A stretch of DNA of 64,000 nucleotides from an uncultured Verrucomicrobia subdivision 3 bacterium (GTDB lineage Bacteria > Verrucomicrobiota > Verrucomicrobiia > Limisphaerales > UBA11358), in the NCBI GenBank assembly GCA_903872345.1, contig CAIQKM010000174.1, forward strand, positions 8,019 through 72,018, in the 5' to 3' direction. The translations under genes were made by a program, and so were the position numbers. The notes under the pieces are model-generated. The model was not told the DNA's origin and made no database searches. It was given only the letters and a program-made list of their open reading frames with translations. Shown in pieces: positions 42,028-52,800 of the stretch (its first letter is position 1; the number at the start of each line of letters is the position of its first letter).

Positions 42028-42173
42028 CGGAGCGCGGCTGTCTCAGCCGCAGCGCGTGGCCAGACCAGATGGCCGCGAAGTTAGCGCGCACTGGGTTGGC
42101 GGGACGACGGGGCATGAGCAGTTCAACCCAGACAGGCTTGGCGGCAGTCTGCGGCTGGGACAGCCGCGCTCCG
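42028..42173. repeat. Pair of inverted 25-nt GC-rich hairpin motifs (GGAGCGCGGCTG-n3-CAGCCGC type)
   Basis: CGGAGCGCGGCTGTCTCAGCCGCAG (42028-42052) and CTGCGGCTGGGACAGCCGCGCTCCG (42149-42173) are reverse complements with 1 mismatch, 96 nt apart. Each arm is itself a small palindrome. A third related copy is at 60540-60568. Confidence 0.75.
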
Positions 42174-42213
42174 ACCGGATGCCAATCGGAGGGCAGTGTC
42201 AAGATGCACCTCC

Positions 42214-45087
42214 TCACGGCACAAATGGACGCGGCGTGCCGGGCTGGGTTTGGATGGTTGCCGTCGCCGGCGCGAGCCCGTCCGCCGTCGCGGTCAATTT
42301 GATTTCGCCCGCGTCCTTGGCGGATTGCACAATGACCTGCGCCAGGCCATTGAACAGGCTCCGCGACCACGGCGGCACGCTGGCGTGCCCGACCAACTGC
42401 AAGGTCACGTTTGGATTCAAACCGCCCTGCGCAACGCTGTTGTAAACGCCCACGGCAATGACGTTGTCGCCGGCGTGAAGATTCTTCTTCACGTCAAAAA
42501 TCGGCTGCGCCTGCCAGTCATGCGATTCGCCGACATACTGGTTGTTCACGAAATACCAGCCATCGTCGTCGCAGCCGGTAAAGCAGATGAGCGCGCCAAC
42601 ATCCTGCAAATCCGCTTCCGTCAGCGTGACATGGGCGCGATAAATCGCCCCCGTTTCCGGCGTTTCAATCGTCGGCCCGCCGCCGCTGACCGGCTTCCAG
42701 GCGGAGTCGTCAAAGTCATTCGCATATGCCGGCACGGTGTCCCGGTTTCTCGGAATGGCCGTCAGCTCCCAACGCCATTTGTCCACGGCCAGGTTGTGCG
42801 CGGGCGCGGTGGCCACATACACGTCCGGCTCGTGACAGCTCGGATCGCCATTGCCCACGCCAATGATATGGCCCGCGCCTTCGATGGAAAAATGAACTTT
42901 GTTCCCCGCCACCGGCACCAAGCGGCCTTGCGCGTCTGCGGCGGAAACGGTGAACACACTAACGTCTTCACCGTCGGCCTGGATCGTTTTGCGATCCGGC
43001 ACGAGTCGGATTTGCGCGGGCTCGCCGGTGGTTTCCGCCTTGGTTTCGGCGACAACCTTGCCGTCCGCATCAAAGCCTTTCGCGCTCAACGTTCCCGGGG
43101 CATACTTCACCTGCCAGCTCAATTTTGAATTAACCGGCATCGCCTGCTTGCCGAGCGACGCGCCGTTCAAAAAGAGTTCCACCTGTTTGCAATTGCTGAA
43201 AGCCTGCACCAAGATTTCCTGACCATCCCGGCCCGGCCAGTTCCAGTGCGGGGCCAGGTGCAGCACGGGGTTCGTCGTCCACCACGATTGATAGTAATAA
43301 AACGCGTCCTTGGGAAAGCCGCAGGTGTCCAGAATGCCGAAATGCGAGTTGACGCACGGCCACCAATACGGCGTCGGCTCGCCGCGATAATCAAAACCGG
43401 TCCAGACAAACGCGCCGGACAGCCAGGGCCGCTCGGCGAAGTAACTCCACCAGCTTTCGGCCGTGGTGGTCCAGCCCGGCCAGACAACATCATAGGCGGC
43501 AACGTAGCCGGCCGAATGGTCGTTGGTATAAACGCCGCGCGTACCCACCACGCTCGCCTGCTCGCTGCCAAAATTCGGCTGCATCGGGTGTGCCGCGTGA
43601 TAACGGTCCATTTGCGGGCCGTAGTGATAATTCCAGCCGCGCACCTCAATGACCGAGTTGATGCCCCGGAACACGTCGTCTTCCGGCGACGCGTAGCTGA
43701 CCGGACGCAGCGGGTCGAGCTGTTTCACAAAATCCTGCATCGTGCGGGCCACGTTCGCCGCCTGCGGCGTGTCCTGCACCATGAATTGCTCGTTCGCGAT
43801 GCACCAGATCGCCACGCTCGGGTGATTCCGGTCGCGGCGGATCTCGTCTTCCCACTTTTTCATATTCGCCGAATCGCTGCCCATCAGCCGGCTCTCGTCC
43901 ATCACCAGCAGGCCGAGCCGGTCGCAGGCGTCCAGCAATTCCGGCGTGGGCGGATTGTGCGACATCCGGTACGCGTTGCAGCCGAACTCCTTCAATTTCT
44001 TCACGCGAAACTCCTGCAACGCATCCGGGATGGCCGCGCCAACGCCGGCGTGATCCTGATGGTTGCACGTGCCATAAAGCTCGTAATGTTGGCCGTTTAG
44101 CAAAAAGCCGTTCGTCGCGTCAAAGCCCACGGTGCGGATGCCGAACGCGGTTTCTTTTTGATCAACCATGTCATCGCCAACGGAAACGGTGGTAATGAGC
44201 TTGTACAACTGCGGATTTTCCGGCGACCAAAGCGCCGGCGACGAAACCTCCGACTTCAATATCGCCGTCTCCTGTCCTCTTCCGGGCACCGCCTCTGATT
44301 GCGTGAAGCCCGCCAACTCCTTGCCTTCGGGGGAAATAATTTTGCCGTTCACCACCGCCGTGGCCGGGCCCGGCAACCGGTTGAGCACGCTGACTTCCAC
44401 CCGGATCTCCGCCTTCCCCGATGGCACGTTGTCCTTGAATTCCGGACGGATATAAACCCCGTCCGGCGCAATGGCCACCGGGGCGGTCTTGTCCAGCCAC
44501 ACATGCCGGTAGATGCCCGCGCCTTCGTAAAACCAGCCTTCCGTTTTCGTCGCATCCACCCGCACGGATACCGTGTTCTTGCCGCCGTAGTGCGCCACGT
44601 CCGTGATGTCCTCGCGGAACGGATAGTAGCCGCCCTCGTGATGGCTCACGCACCAGCCATTGACCCACACCGTCGCGTCGCGAAACACCCCGTCAAATGT
44701 CAGCCAGATGCGCTTTCCCTCGTCCGTCTTCGGCAGTTCAAACGTCCGGCGATACCAGGCGATGCTGTTCGTCGGATACTTTGCGCCCAGCGTGTGAAAG
44801 CCATGGCTGCCGTCGGCGGCCCAGTCGAACGGCAGTTCCACCGCCCAATCGTGCGGCACATTGATGCCGCGCCAAAAGGTGTCGTCAAATCGTTCCGACG
44901 CCGGCCCGGAACCGGTGCCGGCATTTTCCAGGTGCAGCGCATCCGGCCAGTCGTCACCCAGATGAAATTTCCAGTTTGAATCCAGCGAAAGATGCTCGGC
45001 TGGCAAATCGGCGGCGGCCAGCGGTGCAACCCACCACACGGCGCACGCGCCGGCAATAAGGGAGCGAGTAATTGATTTGATCTTCAT
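42214..45087 (-). CDS. GH2 glycoside hydrolase (beta-galactosidase/beta-glucuronidase family), secreted, with a ~140-aa domain inserted in its C-terminal region
   Basis: FWRGINVPHDWAVE, WYRRTF, LTFDGVFRDATVWVNG, NAYRMSHNP, WCIANE and GAFVWTGFDYRGE are GH2 hallmarks. It is a paralogue of 57490..59961. Confidence 0.9.
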   Translation of the reverse strand: MKIKSITRSLIAGACAVWWVAPLAAADLPAEHLSLDSNWKFHLGDDWPDALHLENAGTGSGPASERFDDTFWRGINVPHDWAVELPFDWAADGSHGFHTLGAKYPTNSIAWYRRTFELPKTDEGKRIWLTFDGVFRDATVWVNGWCVSHHEGGYYPFREDITDVAHYGGKNTVSVRVDATKTEGWFYEGAGIYRHVWLDKTAPVAIAPDGVYIRPEFKDNVPSGKAEIRVEVSVLNRLPGPATAVVNGKIISPEGKELAGFTQSEAVPGRGQETAILKSEVSSPALWSPENPQLYKLITTVSVGDDMVDQKETAFGIRTVGFDATNGFLLNGQHYELYGTCNHQDHAGVGAAIPDALQEFRVKKLKEFGCNAYRMSHNPPTPELLDACDRLGLLVMDESRLMGSDSANMKKWEDEIRRDRNHPSVAIWCIANEQFMVQDTPQAANVARTMQDFVKQLDPLRPVSYASPEDDVFRGINSVIEVRGWNYHYGPQMDRYHAAHPMQPNFGSEQASVVGTRGVYTNDHSAGYVAAYDVVWPGWTTTAESWWSYFAERPWLSGAFVWTGFDYRGEPTPYWWPCVNSHFGILDTCGFPKDAFYYYQSWWTTNPVLHLAPHWNWPGRDGQEILVQAFSNCKQVELFLNGASLGKQAMPVNSKLSWQVKYAPGTLSAKGFDADGKVVAETKAETTGEPAQIRLVPDRKTIQADGEDVSVFTVSAADAQGRLVPVAGNKVHFSIEGAGHIIGVGNGDPSCHEPDVYVATAPAHNLAVDKWRWELTAIPRNRDTVPAYANDFDDSAWKPVSGGGPTIETPETGAIYRAHVTLTEADLQDVGALICFTGCDDDGWYFVNNQYVGESHDWQAQPIFDVKKNLHAGDNVIAVGVYNSVAQGGLNPNVTLQLVGHASVPPWSRSLFNGLAQVIVQSAKDAGEIKLTATADGLAPATATIQTQPGTPRPFVP

Positions 45088-45117
45088 TTTAAACGGATGA
45101 TTTACAATTTATAAAAA

Positions 45118-45192
45118 TAGGAGCCGACGTGAGGAGGCTCAAACATCTTAGGACACATCCTATGTTTGGAGCCACCCCGCGTCCGCTGCTAT
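45118..45192. repeat. REPIN-like doublet, copy 2 (decayed)
   Basis: The left arm TAGGAGCCGACGTGAGGAGGCTC is close to consensus. The right arm GAGCCACCCCGCGTCCGCTGCTAT has several mismatches. The spacer forms its own hairpin (AAACAT..TAGGA-caca-TCCTA-TGTTT). It lies 61 nt downstream of the stop at 45254. Confidence 0.7.
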
Positions 45193-45253
45193 CGTAAATA
45201 CAATGTGTTAATTCTCTGTATTCCGGGTATTTGATTTTGATTCCTTCGGCGCC

Positions 45254-46105
45254 TTAATACCCGTTGTCATGACCGTTGGCGGTGGTTGGAACACACCACA
45301 AATCATTTGGGGTGGCGGTATCCATGGCCCACGCCGCCATTGTGGCATAGAGTTCGCGCCCGGCGCTGCCGTCCATCCGGCCTATCTGGGCGGCTTTCCC
45401 GTGCCGCTGGGAAAAATTTGGCTTTTTGACACTCGAACCCGACGCAATCGCTTCCGCCGGGGCATTCGCAAAGTCACCCCATGCGCCTGGCGCCGTGTTT
45501 TTCTCGTCATTCTCCCATTGCAGGATATTTGTCGGCTTTAATTTCGTTATTTTGTAAGGGGCCTGGTCATTTTTGAAGGCCACCACCGCGCCATTCCAGA
45601 CATAGCTGCTGATGAGTTCGTATCGCAGCAAATAAGCCGCATTGACCGCATCCTCGGGACAAAGCAAAATCTTGGGAGCTTTAAGGTATTGATAAAGCTG
45701 CCCGCTCCCGGTCGGGGTCGGACTTCCGGCTTCCTGCGCTTTGATGCCCGTAAACCAGCTTGCCTGCCAGTCGTAGTCTCTCTGAAAATTCGCCGAACTG
45801 TGGCCGGATGTCATCCCGGGCGGATTGGCGGCTGTCACCCAGTTGTCCGAATCCACCGCCCAGCCCGGCGCGGGCAGAAAATCGTTGTTGTCGCCGCAAA
45901 ACATCTGTGCCGCCAGCATGGTCTGCTTGCAGTTGTTAATGTCGTTAGCGGCATAGGCGCGGCTTCTTGCCCTTGTCAGCGCCGGCAGCAGCATGGCCGC
46001 CAGAATGGCAATGATGGCAATGACCACCAGCAGTTCAATCAACGTAAACCCGGAAGGCGGAAGGTTTTTTTTACGGGGTGAAATGACCATACATGCTTTT
46101 TGCAT
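45254..46105 (-). CDS. Prepilin-type N-terminal cleavage/methylation domain protein with an H-X9-DG motif (pseudopilin-like)
   Basis: [27 protein letters not shown]; [12 protein letters not shown] fits H-X9-DG. The start is ATG 46105 or 46090; the track ORF extends to 46201 across two hairpins. Confidence 0.88.
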   Translation of the reverse strand: MQKACMVISPRKKNLPPSGFTLIELLVVIAIIAILAAMLLPALTRARSRAYAANDINNCKQTMLAAQMFCGDNNDFLPAPGWAVDSDNWVTAANPPGMTSGHSSANFQRDYDWQASWFTGIKAQEAGSPTPTGSGQLYQYLKAPKILLCPEDAVNAAYLLRYELISSYVWNGAVVAFKNDQAPYKITKLKPTNILQWENDEKNTAPGAWGDFANAPAEAIASGSSVKKPNFSQRHGKAAQIGRMDGSAGRELYATMAAWAMDTATPNDLWCVPTTANGHDNGY

Positions 46106-46122
46106 AAGAATTCTGATAAGGG

Positions 46123-46156
46123 CCGCAGGCGCCGGCGCTTTCGCCGACGCCTGCGG
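46123..46156 (-). terminator. Hairpin A (15-bp stem) between the giant gene and the pseudopilin gene
   Basis: CCGCAGGCGCCGGCG-cttt-CGCCGACGCCTGCGG. The single mismatch becomes a G.U pair only in the minus-strand (sense) RNA. Confidence 0.45.
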
Positions 46157-46166
46157 GTTAATAAAT

Positions 46167-46194
46167 GGGGCGCATCCGTTTCCGAATGCGCCCC
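46167..46194 (-). terminator. Terminator-like hairpin B after the giant protein gene
   Basis: GGGGCGCAT-(10-nt loop)-ATGCGCCCC is a perfect 9-bp stem, 10 nt downstream of stop 46204. On the minus strand it is followed by ATTTATTAA. Confidence 0.5.
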
Positions 46195-46203
46195 GTGTCA
46201 TTC

Positions 46204-49200
46204 TTAAGGCTCAACCACGCGGTAGAACACCTGCGGATTGGCCGGATTCACCGGAATGCTGTTCGTGAACCCGCCGCCCACGAACGTGTTCGTGGCCACG
46301 GGCTGCCATTGCGCCACTGGCGTCAGCAAATTCGTGCTGGTCAGAATCCGGTAGCTCTGGCCGAGGTCGAAGCTGGTTCCCGTGATGACCACGTTGCCGC
46401 CCGAAACCGTCACGCTGCCAATTTGAGCGGGGTTGCCCACCGCCTGCACCAGCTGAATTTCCGCCGCATTCACGGCGCACTGCCCGCCCGCCGTCGGGCC
46501 GGGTGCCGCATCCACCGTCAGAACGCCATTGGTGGCCGTCACATTCGTTATGAGCACGCTGGTGTTGCCTTGCACGAAGTAATGATTCTGGCTGTTGTTG
46601 ACGGTGGTGTCGCTTTGGTCACCGTTCGCACCATGCACCGTGAAGGTGGTGCCACGGTCATTCCAATCGGCATCATCGCCGTGGAACGCCAGATTGTATG
46701 TCCCGTTGGGAACATTGCTAAACACGATGGCACTTGCCTGCGATCCGTAATAGAACGTAAATTGGGAGAGCAAACCATGACGGTCATTTGACGCGAAGGT
46801 TGTGCTACCCACAGATACCGAGGATCCGGTAATTTGGCAGGTGATGCCGGAATGGGTGGAACCATTGTCTTGGAAGTCGGAGACTGACGTATAGGTTCCA
46901 TTGGCCCAGTCACCGCCGCCGGGCACCGGGTTCCAGAAGTTGCCGGAGCCAAGCACGCCGGGACCGGAGTAACTTCCGGAGCCATAATAAACACCCCACC
47001 CAATGTTGGCGGTGGCGTTCGTGAGCTGATAACGCGCCGTCCAGATGCCATTGGTCGGCACGATGGCCATACTGACCGTATAGACCGAACTGGTTACGGA
47101 ACCATTGACGTTCGTCAGCACCAACTGATAGTCCAGGTCATTCGCGGAAGAGGACGGGTTAATGGTCAACGTGCTGGAGTTCGCCCCCGAAACCGCACCA
47201 CCGTTTACCAGGTTGTTGAACACACCGCCGGTGCCCGCCTGCCATTGATAGTGCGGTGCCGGCAAACCGATTCCGGAAGCGGTGATCTGCAAGGGAACCT
47301 GCCCGGGATACTGATTGGTGGCCGTGTTGCAACTGATGTCGGACGTGATGGAGGGAGCCGAGCCAATGGAACCGGCACCCGCAATGAACAGGTTTTGAAT
47401 CTGCGCATCGCTCATGGTCTGGCCAAAGACAGCCACTTCGTCAATGGAACCGGTGAAGATATTGTTGACACCGGACGGATCGCCGCCCAGCCAGGTCGTT
47501 CCGACGTTGAACGCTTCCAGCGTGTGGGCCAGCGGGTTGACCCGCTTGAGGACGCTACCCGTGCCATCGCCATTGGTATAGCACAGATAAAGCGTCGCAT
47601 TGGTGGGGGTAATGGTCACCGCCACAAACGACCAGTTGTTAAGCGGCGCAAACAGGCCGGAATGGAAACCCCAAGCGCCGGAATTGTTGTTCCAGTTGTA
47701 GGCCAGCTCAGCCTGTCCATAGGTCGGGGAACTGCCATTGGTGTCCGTGTTGCCGCCAAAGCCCAGGCCGGCTGCGGATAATCCGGAGCGGTTGAACAGC
47801 AACCCGGCATAGGTGGCGGTATTCGCCGTGGGATAAATCCAGGCGGTAATCGTTACATTGGTGGTGGTCAAGCCCAGGGGCGGAACAACCAAAGTGCCGT
47901 TCGCCGTGCCTTGGGTGAAGCTTGCGCCAGTATTGGTGCTTTCAAACCCGACATACGCCGGGGATTGCGGGCCGGCCACGCCGGTAATCACGGCCGAGCC
48001 GTAGGTGGCATTCAGACCATGGCCGCTCGCGTCATAAGCCTGGTAAGTGCCGGTGGTGGGATCAACCACCTCGCTCAGGCGCCAATAGGCCACCGGGCTG
48101 TTGGTATAAACGTCATAAGCATAAGCATTGCCCGCCGTGGGCGCGGCCGGATCGACCTGCACCGTCAGCGTCGCGGGCGTACTGTTCAAATTGCCAACCA
48201 CGTTGGTCGCCACTTCCTGATAGGTGCCAGAGGCCGAGAGTTGAACATTGGCCAGAACCAGGCTCTGATTGGTGGTCGCCGTCAACCCGGTGCCGGTATA
48301 GCCGCCACCCGTATTCACCTGCCACTGATTGGTGATGGGCTGCGTGCCATTGAAAGTCGCCGCAAAAGTCACACTGCCGCCGACGAAGCTGTAAACGTTA
48401 AGCGGAGCCGTGTCTTTGGTCAGAATGGGCGCCGAGGCCGCGTGGACGGTAAGCGTATTGGTCAGCGAAGTGACCGTGCCGCCGGCATTTGACACCACGC
48501 AGGAATAATTAATGGTATAGTCGGTGCCTTGGTCAGCCGGAGTAACCACCAGAGTGGAATTTGTTGCATTAACAATGTTGGTCATGGCGGCATAAGAGCC
48601 GCCATCCGTTTGCCATTGATATGTCATCGGGGTGGAGCTCGAGGCCACCTCTGTCAGCGTCACCGGAGACAGGGCATAAGCGGGATTGGGGCTCAACGTC
48701 GGCAGCGAGGTTATCGGCGTCGGCGGCGTGGCCACAATTTGGAAGCCCAAAAGTTTGCCCGACTGCCATTCGCCGTTTGGTTCGGAGTTGCGAAGGAGAA
48801 TCGCATCGTTGGTGAGGGTATTAAAAACGATGTAGTTTCCCCCGCCGGACGCATTGGCGGAAGTAGTGCAAGACGATGCAACTTGCGTATAGGTTCCGTT
48901 AAATTCGCCGGTATCTTTGCAGAACAAATGCGGCGTTATATCGCCACCGACTTGCATGTTATACGACGTGGCACTGCCGTTGGTCACCGCCTGAACCCAA
49001 TGTTCGCTGGTGCCCCACCAGCCATGCCAGCCCTGCACGTAAAGCACGACAGAATAACTGGTCGCCCCGCCATGCGCCGCCAGCCATGCGTGAATGCCAC
49101 CAATGTAGACGGCCGGCTTTTGACTGCCAGACGCCCCGTAAATATAGGTGGCTGTCCACGGTCCGGGAGGCCCCCCACCCCAGTCGGTCTCGTCGCCGCC

Positions 49201-49584
49201 GTCCATCAATTTTGAATCCGACGTACCCAAAGTCGAATAAGCACCGCCGGAATAGGATCCGGCCGCATCCCACTGCATTTGCAATCCCGAATCGGCCCCC
49301 GTGTAATCAATGATGCCGGAAGTGACGCTGCCATACCGGTCAAAGTTGTTCCAGTTGGTGGTGGCAAAACCGGGAGCGCCGGCCGTTTCAACCGTGGCGC
49401 CGGTCGGATCCATTACCAGGTTAATCAAAGAAGTGGACTGTGAGTTGTCAATGCCCCCGTTGCCGCTGCCAGTGAAGTTCACACTGACGGATTGCTGGGC
49501 GTGCAAGGCGACGGCGCCGCCAATCAGCGCCAAAGTCTTTGCGAAAAGATTTTTTATAGTTTTCATATTGTTGAATGGGTTCAT
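46204..49584 (-). CDS. Giant secreted protein: unknown N-domain, Ig-like modules, LamG domain, unknown beta-rich domain, C-terminal FYRV module
   Basis: Signal peptide (MNPFNN)[23 protein letters not shown]. Ig-like modules: YQWQTDGG...[10 protein letters not shown] and NQWQVNTGG...[10 protein letters not shown]. LamG hallmark [23 protein letters not shown]-terminus [19 protein letters not shown]...QVFYRVVEP. Confidence 0.9.
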   Translation of the reverse strand: MNPFNNMKTIKNLFAKTLALIGGAVALHAQQSVSVNFTGSGNGGIDNSQSTSLINLVMDPTGATVETAGAPGFATTNWNNFDRYGSVTSGIIDYTGADSGLQMQWDAAGSYSGGAYSTLGTSDSKLMDGGDETDWGGGPPGPWTATYIYGASGSQKPAVYIGGIHAWLAAHGGATSYSVVLYVQGWHGWWGTSEHWVQAVTNGSATSYNMQVGGDITPHLFCKDTGEFNGTYTQVASSCTTSANASGGGNYIVFNTLTNDAILLRNSEPNGEWQSGKLLGFQIVATPPTPITSLPTLSPNPAYALSPVTLTEVASSSTPMTYQWQTDGGSYAAMTNIVNATNSTLVVTPADQGTDYTINYSCVVSNAGGTVTSLTNTLTVHAASAPILTKDTAPLNVYSFVGGSVTFAATFNGTQPITNQWQVNTGGGYTGTGLTATTNQSLVLANVQLSASGTYQEVATNVVGNLNSTPATLTVQVDPAAPTAGNAYAYDVYTNSPVAYWRLSEVVDPTTGTYQAYDASGHGLNATYGSAVITGVAGPQSPAYVGFESTNTGASFTQGTANGTLVVPPLGLTTTNVTITAWIYPTANTATYAGLLFNRSGLSAAGLGFGGNTDTNGSSPTYGQAELAYNWNNNSGAWGFHSGLFAPLNNWSFVAVTITPTNATLYLCYTNGDGTGSVLKRVNPLAHTLEAFNVGTTWLGGDPSGVNNIFTGSIDEVAVFGQTMSDAQIQNLFIAGAGSIGSAPSITSDISCNTATNQYPGQVPLQITASGIGLPAPHYQWQAGTGGVFNNLVNGGAVSGANSSTLTINPSSSANDLDYQLVLTNVNGSVTSSVYTVSMAIVPTNGIWTARYQLTNATANIGWGVYYGSGSYSGPGVLGSGNFWNPVPGGGDWANGTYTSVSDFQDNGSTHSGITCQITGSSVSVGSTTFASNDRHGLLSQFTFYYGSQASAIVFSNVPNGTYNLAFHGDDADWNDRGTTFTVHGANGDQSDTTVNNSQNHYFVQGNTSVLITNVTATNGVLTVDAAPGPTAGGQCAVNAAEIQLVQAVGNPAQIGSVTVSGGNVVITGTSFDLGQSYRILTSTNLLTPVAQWQPVATNTFVGGGFTNSIPVNPANPQVFYRVVEP

Positions 49585-49837
49585 GCGAGAAGACCGGCGG
49601 TTTCCAAGGTTGGGGTTGGTAACGTTGATTTAGTCATAGTTTGCTGGTTGGGTACTGAACGAATCCGACGCTTGCGCAAAAACCTGCCGTCCGGCCAAAA
49701 TCCCGGTTTCACCATGACAAAGCGGCTCACAGAGCAGAGGGCTTCGCCTGACAGTGGGGGTTTGCATGGTCACACTATTCACCAGTCCACTCCCTGCGTC
49801 ATGTCGTCAAAAATAACGATACTGTAAAATAGCCGGC

Positions 49838-52800
49838 CTAACGCCCCGGTTTTCCGGCCGCCGGCGCCTTGGTTTGCAGGGAAAACACCACCTTCGTCCC
49901 CGCGCCCGGCACGCTGTGGATTTCACAGCTGCCGCCAATCGTCAGCAACCGGCGCCGCATGTTTTCCAGCCCGTTGCCGGAGGCCGGGCGCCCCGGCGTT
50001 GCGGGCGGGCCGCCCGCCTTTTCACCGGCCGAAAAACCGCGCCCGTTGTCCTCGACCACCAGTTCAAATGTTTTTTCCTTCACGGCCAGCCGGATGAGCA
50101 CTTCCGACGCGCCGGAATGTTTCACCGCGTTGTGCAACGCCTCCTTGAAAGCAAGAAAGACATTGTGCCGCACCTCGGAGGTCAGGTGCCATTCGGGAAA
50201 TTGCAGCGGCAGGTCCAGCCGGCAGCGGAAACCCGCCGTCGCCAGCCAGTCGTGCGCGAATTTTTCCAGGTAGGACGCCAGGCTTTCCAGCGTGTCGTGG
50301 CGCGGGCTGACCGCCCAGACGATTTCATCCATGCTCCGCGTCAGCTCCCGCGCCGTGTCATAGATTTTTCCCAGCCCGGCGGCGGCCCGGCCGGGATCCC
50401 CCAGATCCCCGCGCGCCGACTCGCTCATCATCGTGATCCGCGTGAGCTGCGCCCCCAAATCGTCGTGAATGTCCTGGGCTATCCGCGAACGCTCGTGCTC
50501 AATGTCGCGCTGGCGCTCCGCGCGCTCCAGCTTCCGGCGCATCCGCCGCCGGGTGTCAAACCACACCGCCCCGCTCGCCGCCAGCACCGTCGCCAGCCCG
50601 CCGAGAAAATCAAACCACGCCGTCTGCCAGAAATAGGGCAGCACCTGAAATTCCAGGCTCGCGCCGGTTTCGTTCCACACCCCGTCATTGTTGCACGCAA
50701 TCACTTGAAACGAATACTTCCCGGGCGGGATGAAATTGTACGTCGCCACGCGCTTGGCCCCGGCATCCGCCCAATCGGTCTCAAAATGGTTCAGCCGGCA
50801 TTTGAACCGCACCTTTTCCGGCGCCACAAAGCTCAGGCCGTTGTATTCAAATTCAATCCGGTGCCGCCCCGGCGGCACTTTCAGCGGCCCGGCCGCGTTC
50901 CCCTCCGCAAATTTTTTGTCATCCACCAGCATCTGCTCAATCCGCACCGGCGGCGGCAGCGGATTGGTTTTGACCCCCCCCGGATCCACGGCGACCAGCC
51001 CTTTCGACGTCGGAAACCACAACCGCCCGTCCGCCGTTTTGCCGCCCGCCGCCTGCAAGCCTTCCGAACATTCCAGCGTCGGCAACCCGTCATTGATGCC
51101 ATAAGTCAAAAACGCCGCTTGGGGCAGCGTCCCGTCGGCGCAGCGGTTCAAATCCGCTTCCTTCGCGCGCAGAATGCCGCCATACGAACTCATCCAAAAA
51201 TAACCGCGACCGTCCGCTTCGATGTGACCGATGACGCTGTTGGGCAACCCCTGCGCCACATTGATCACGGCAAATTTTCCGCCCTTGAAGCGGTTCAGCC
51301 CGCCGCCGAACGTGCCAATCCACAAGGTGCCGTCGTCCGCGAAATGCAGGCACTCGACAAAGTCGGACGCCAGTCCGTCCGCCTTGTTAAACCGCCGGAA
51401 AGTTCCATTTTCGCGGCAAACCAGCCCGCCGCCCGCCGTGCCAAACCACAACGCGCCCGCCTGGTCCCGCGCAATGGCGCGCACGTCGCCGAACGGCTGC
51501 CCGGCAATCTCGGTGAACCGCTCGGCCTTGCCGTTTTGATAGCGGAGCGCGCCGGCCGGCGTGCCAATCCAAAGCTCGTCCCCCAGAAACAAAAGCGCCG
51601 GCGCCGGCAATAAAAAATTTTCCAGCCCCGGCGCAAAATCAAAGGCGCTGTCTTTTTGCGCAAACAATCCGCCGCCCCAGGTGCCGGCCCAGATTTTCCC
51701 CCCGCCATCGGCGGCGAGCGACCAGATATAGGGATTGCGAATGCCTTGGTCCGGACTGAAATTCGTCCAGCCGCCGTTTTGCAGCCGGTACAGTCCCGCG
51801 CCTTCCGTGCCAACCCACAGCACGCCGTCCGGCATCGGCAGCACGGAGAGCACGGGCCGGCCCTTCCATTTGTCCGGCGGGGAAATGGTTTCCAGGTTGC
51901 TCGGGCGGATGGCCGCCAGCCCGGCCCCGGTGCCGCACCATAGATTCTTCTCCCGGTCCTCCCACGTCGAAAGCACCCAGTCCGAGGGCAACCCGCTGGT
52001 GTGGTCGAAATGCAACGCCGGGGTGTTCGTCTGCCCGGCAGAGAACAGCCACAAGCCGTCCCCCGACGTGCCGCCGACCAGGACGCCGGCGGATGTTTCC
52101 GTCAAGTTCGCCATTACGTCCCATCCCCACGGGGCGGCACCCAAATCGCCGGTCCATTTGCCATCCTTCCATTTGCGAACAGTGCTGTTGCAGGCAACCC
52201 AAAAACCGCCCCCATGAGCGGCACAAATACCCTGCACATAGTCGTTGGTGGATATTACGACCGTTAATTGGGCATCCTTGAGCGCGGACACGACCCCTTC
52301 GCGTTCGACCCAAATCGTCCCTTCCTCGCTGCGCGCCAAGGCCACCACTTTGGAGACGACGCCCGCGGCCGGCGACAGGAGCTTGCCGTCGCGCGCGCAC
52401 GCCAGTTCGCCCGCCTCGTTGAGCAGCCACACATCCCCCGCATGGTCGGCGGTGATGGCGTAAATTTTCCCGCCGCTCCAATTGACGTGCAGCGGCACGG
52501 CGGTGAAACGGCCGTCCTGATATTGCGCCACCTCGCCGCTTTCCGTGCCAATCCACAGCGTGCCGTCGGCGGATTCAAACAGGCTCGTAATGCGACTGCT
52601 ATGCAGGTCCGGCGTGTTGTTTTCGTCGAAAACCTTGAAGCTGACGCCGTCGAACCGCGCCAGTCCGTTGTAAGTGCCCACCCACAAATATCCGTCGTGC
52701 GTCTGCACCACGGCCGTGACCTTGTTTTGCGGCAGCCCCTGCTCGACCTGCCAGGTGCGCGTGAAATAATTCGGCGCGGCGGCGCCGATCCAAGCCAGGA

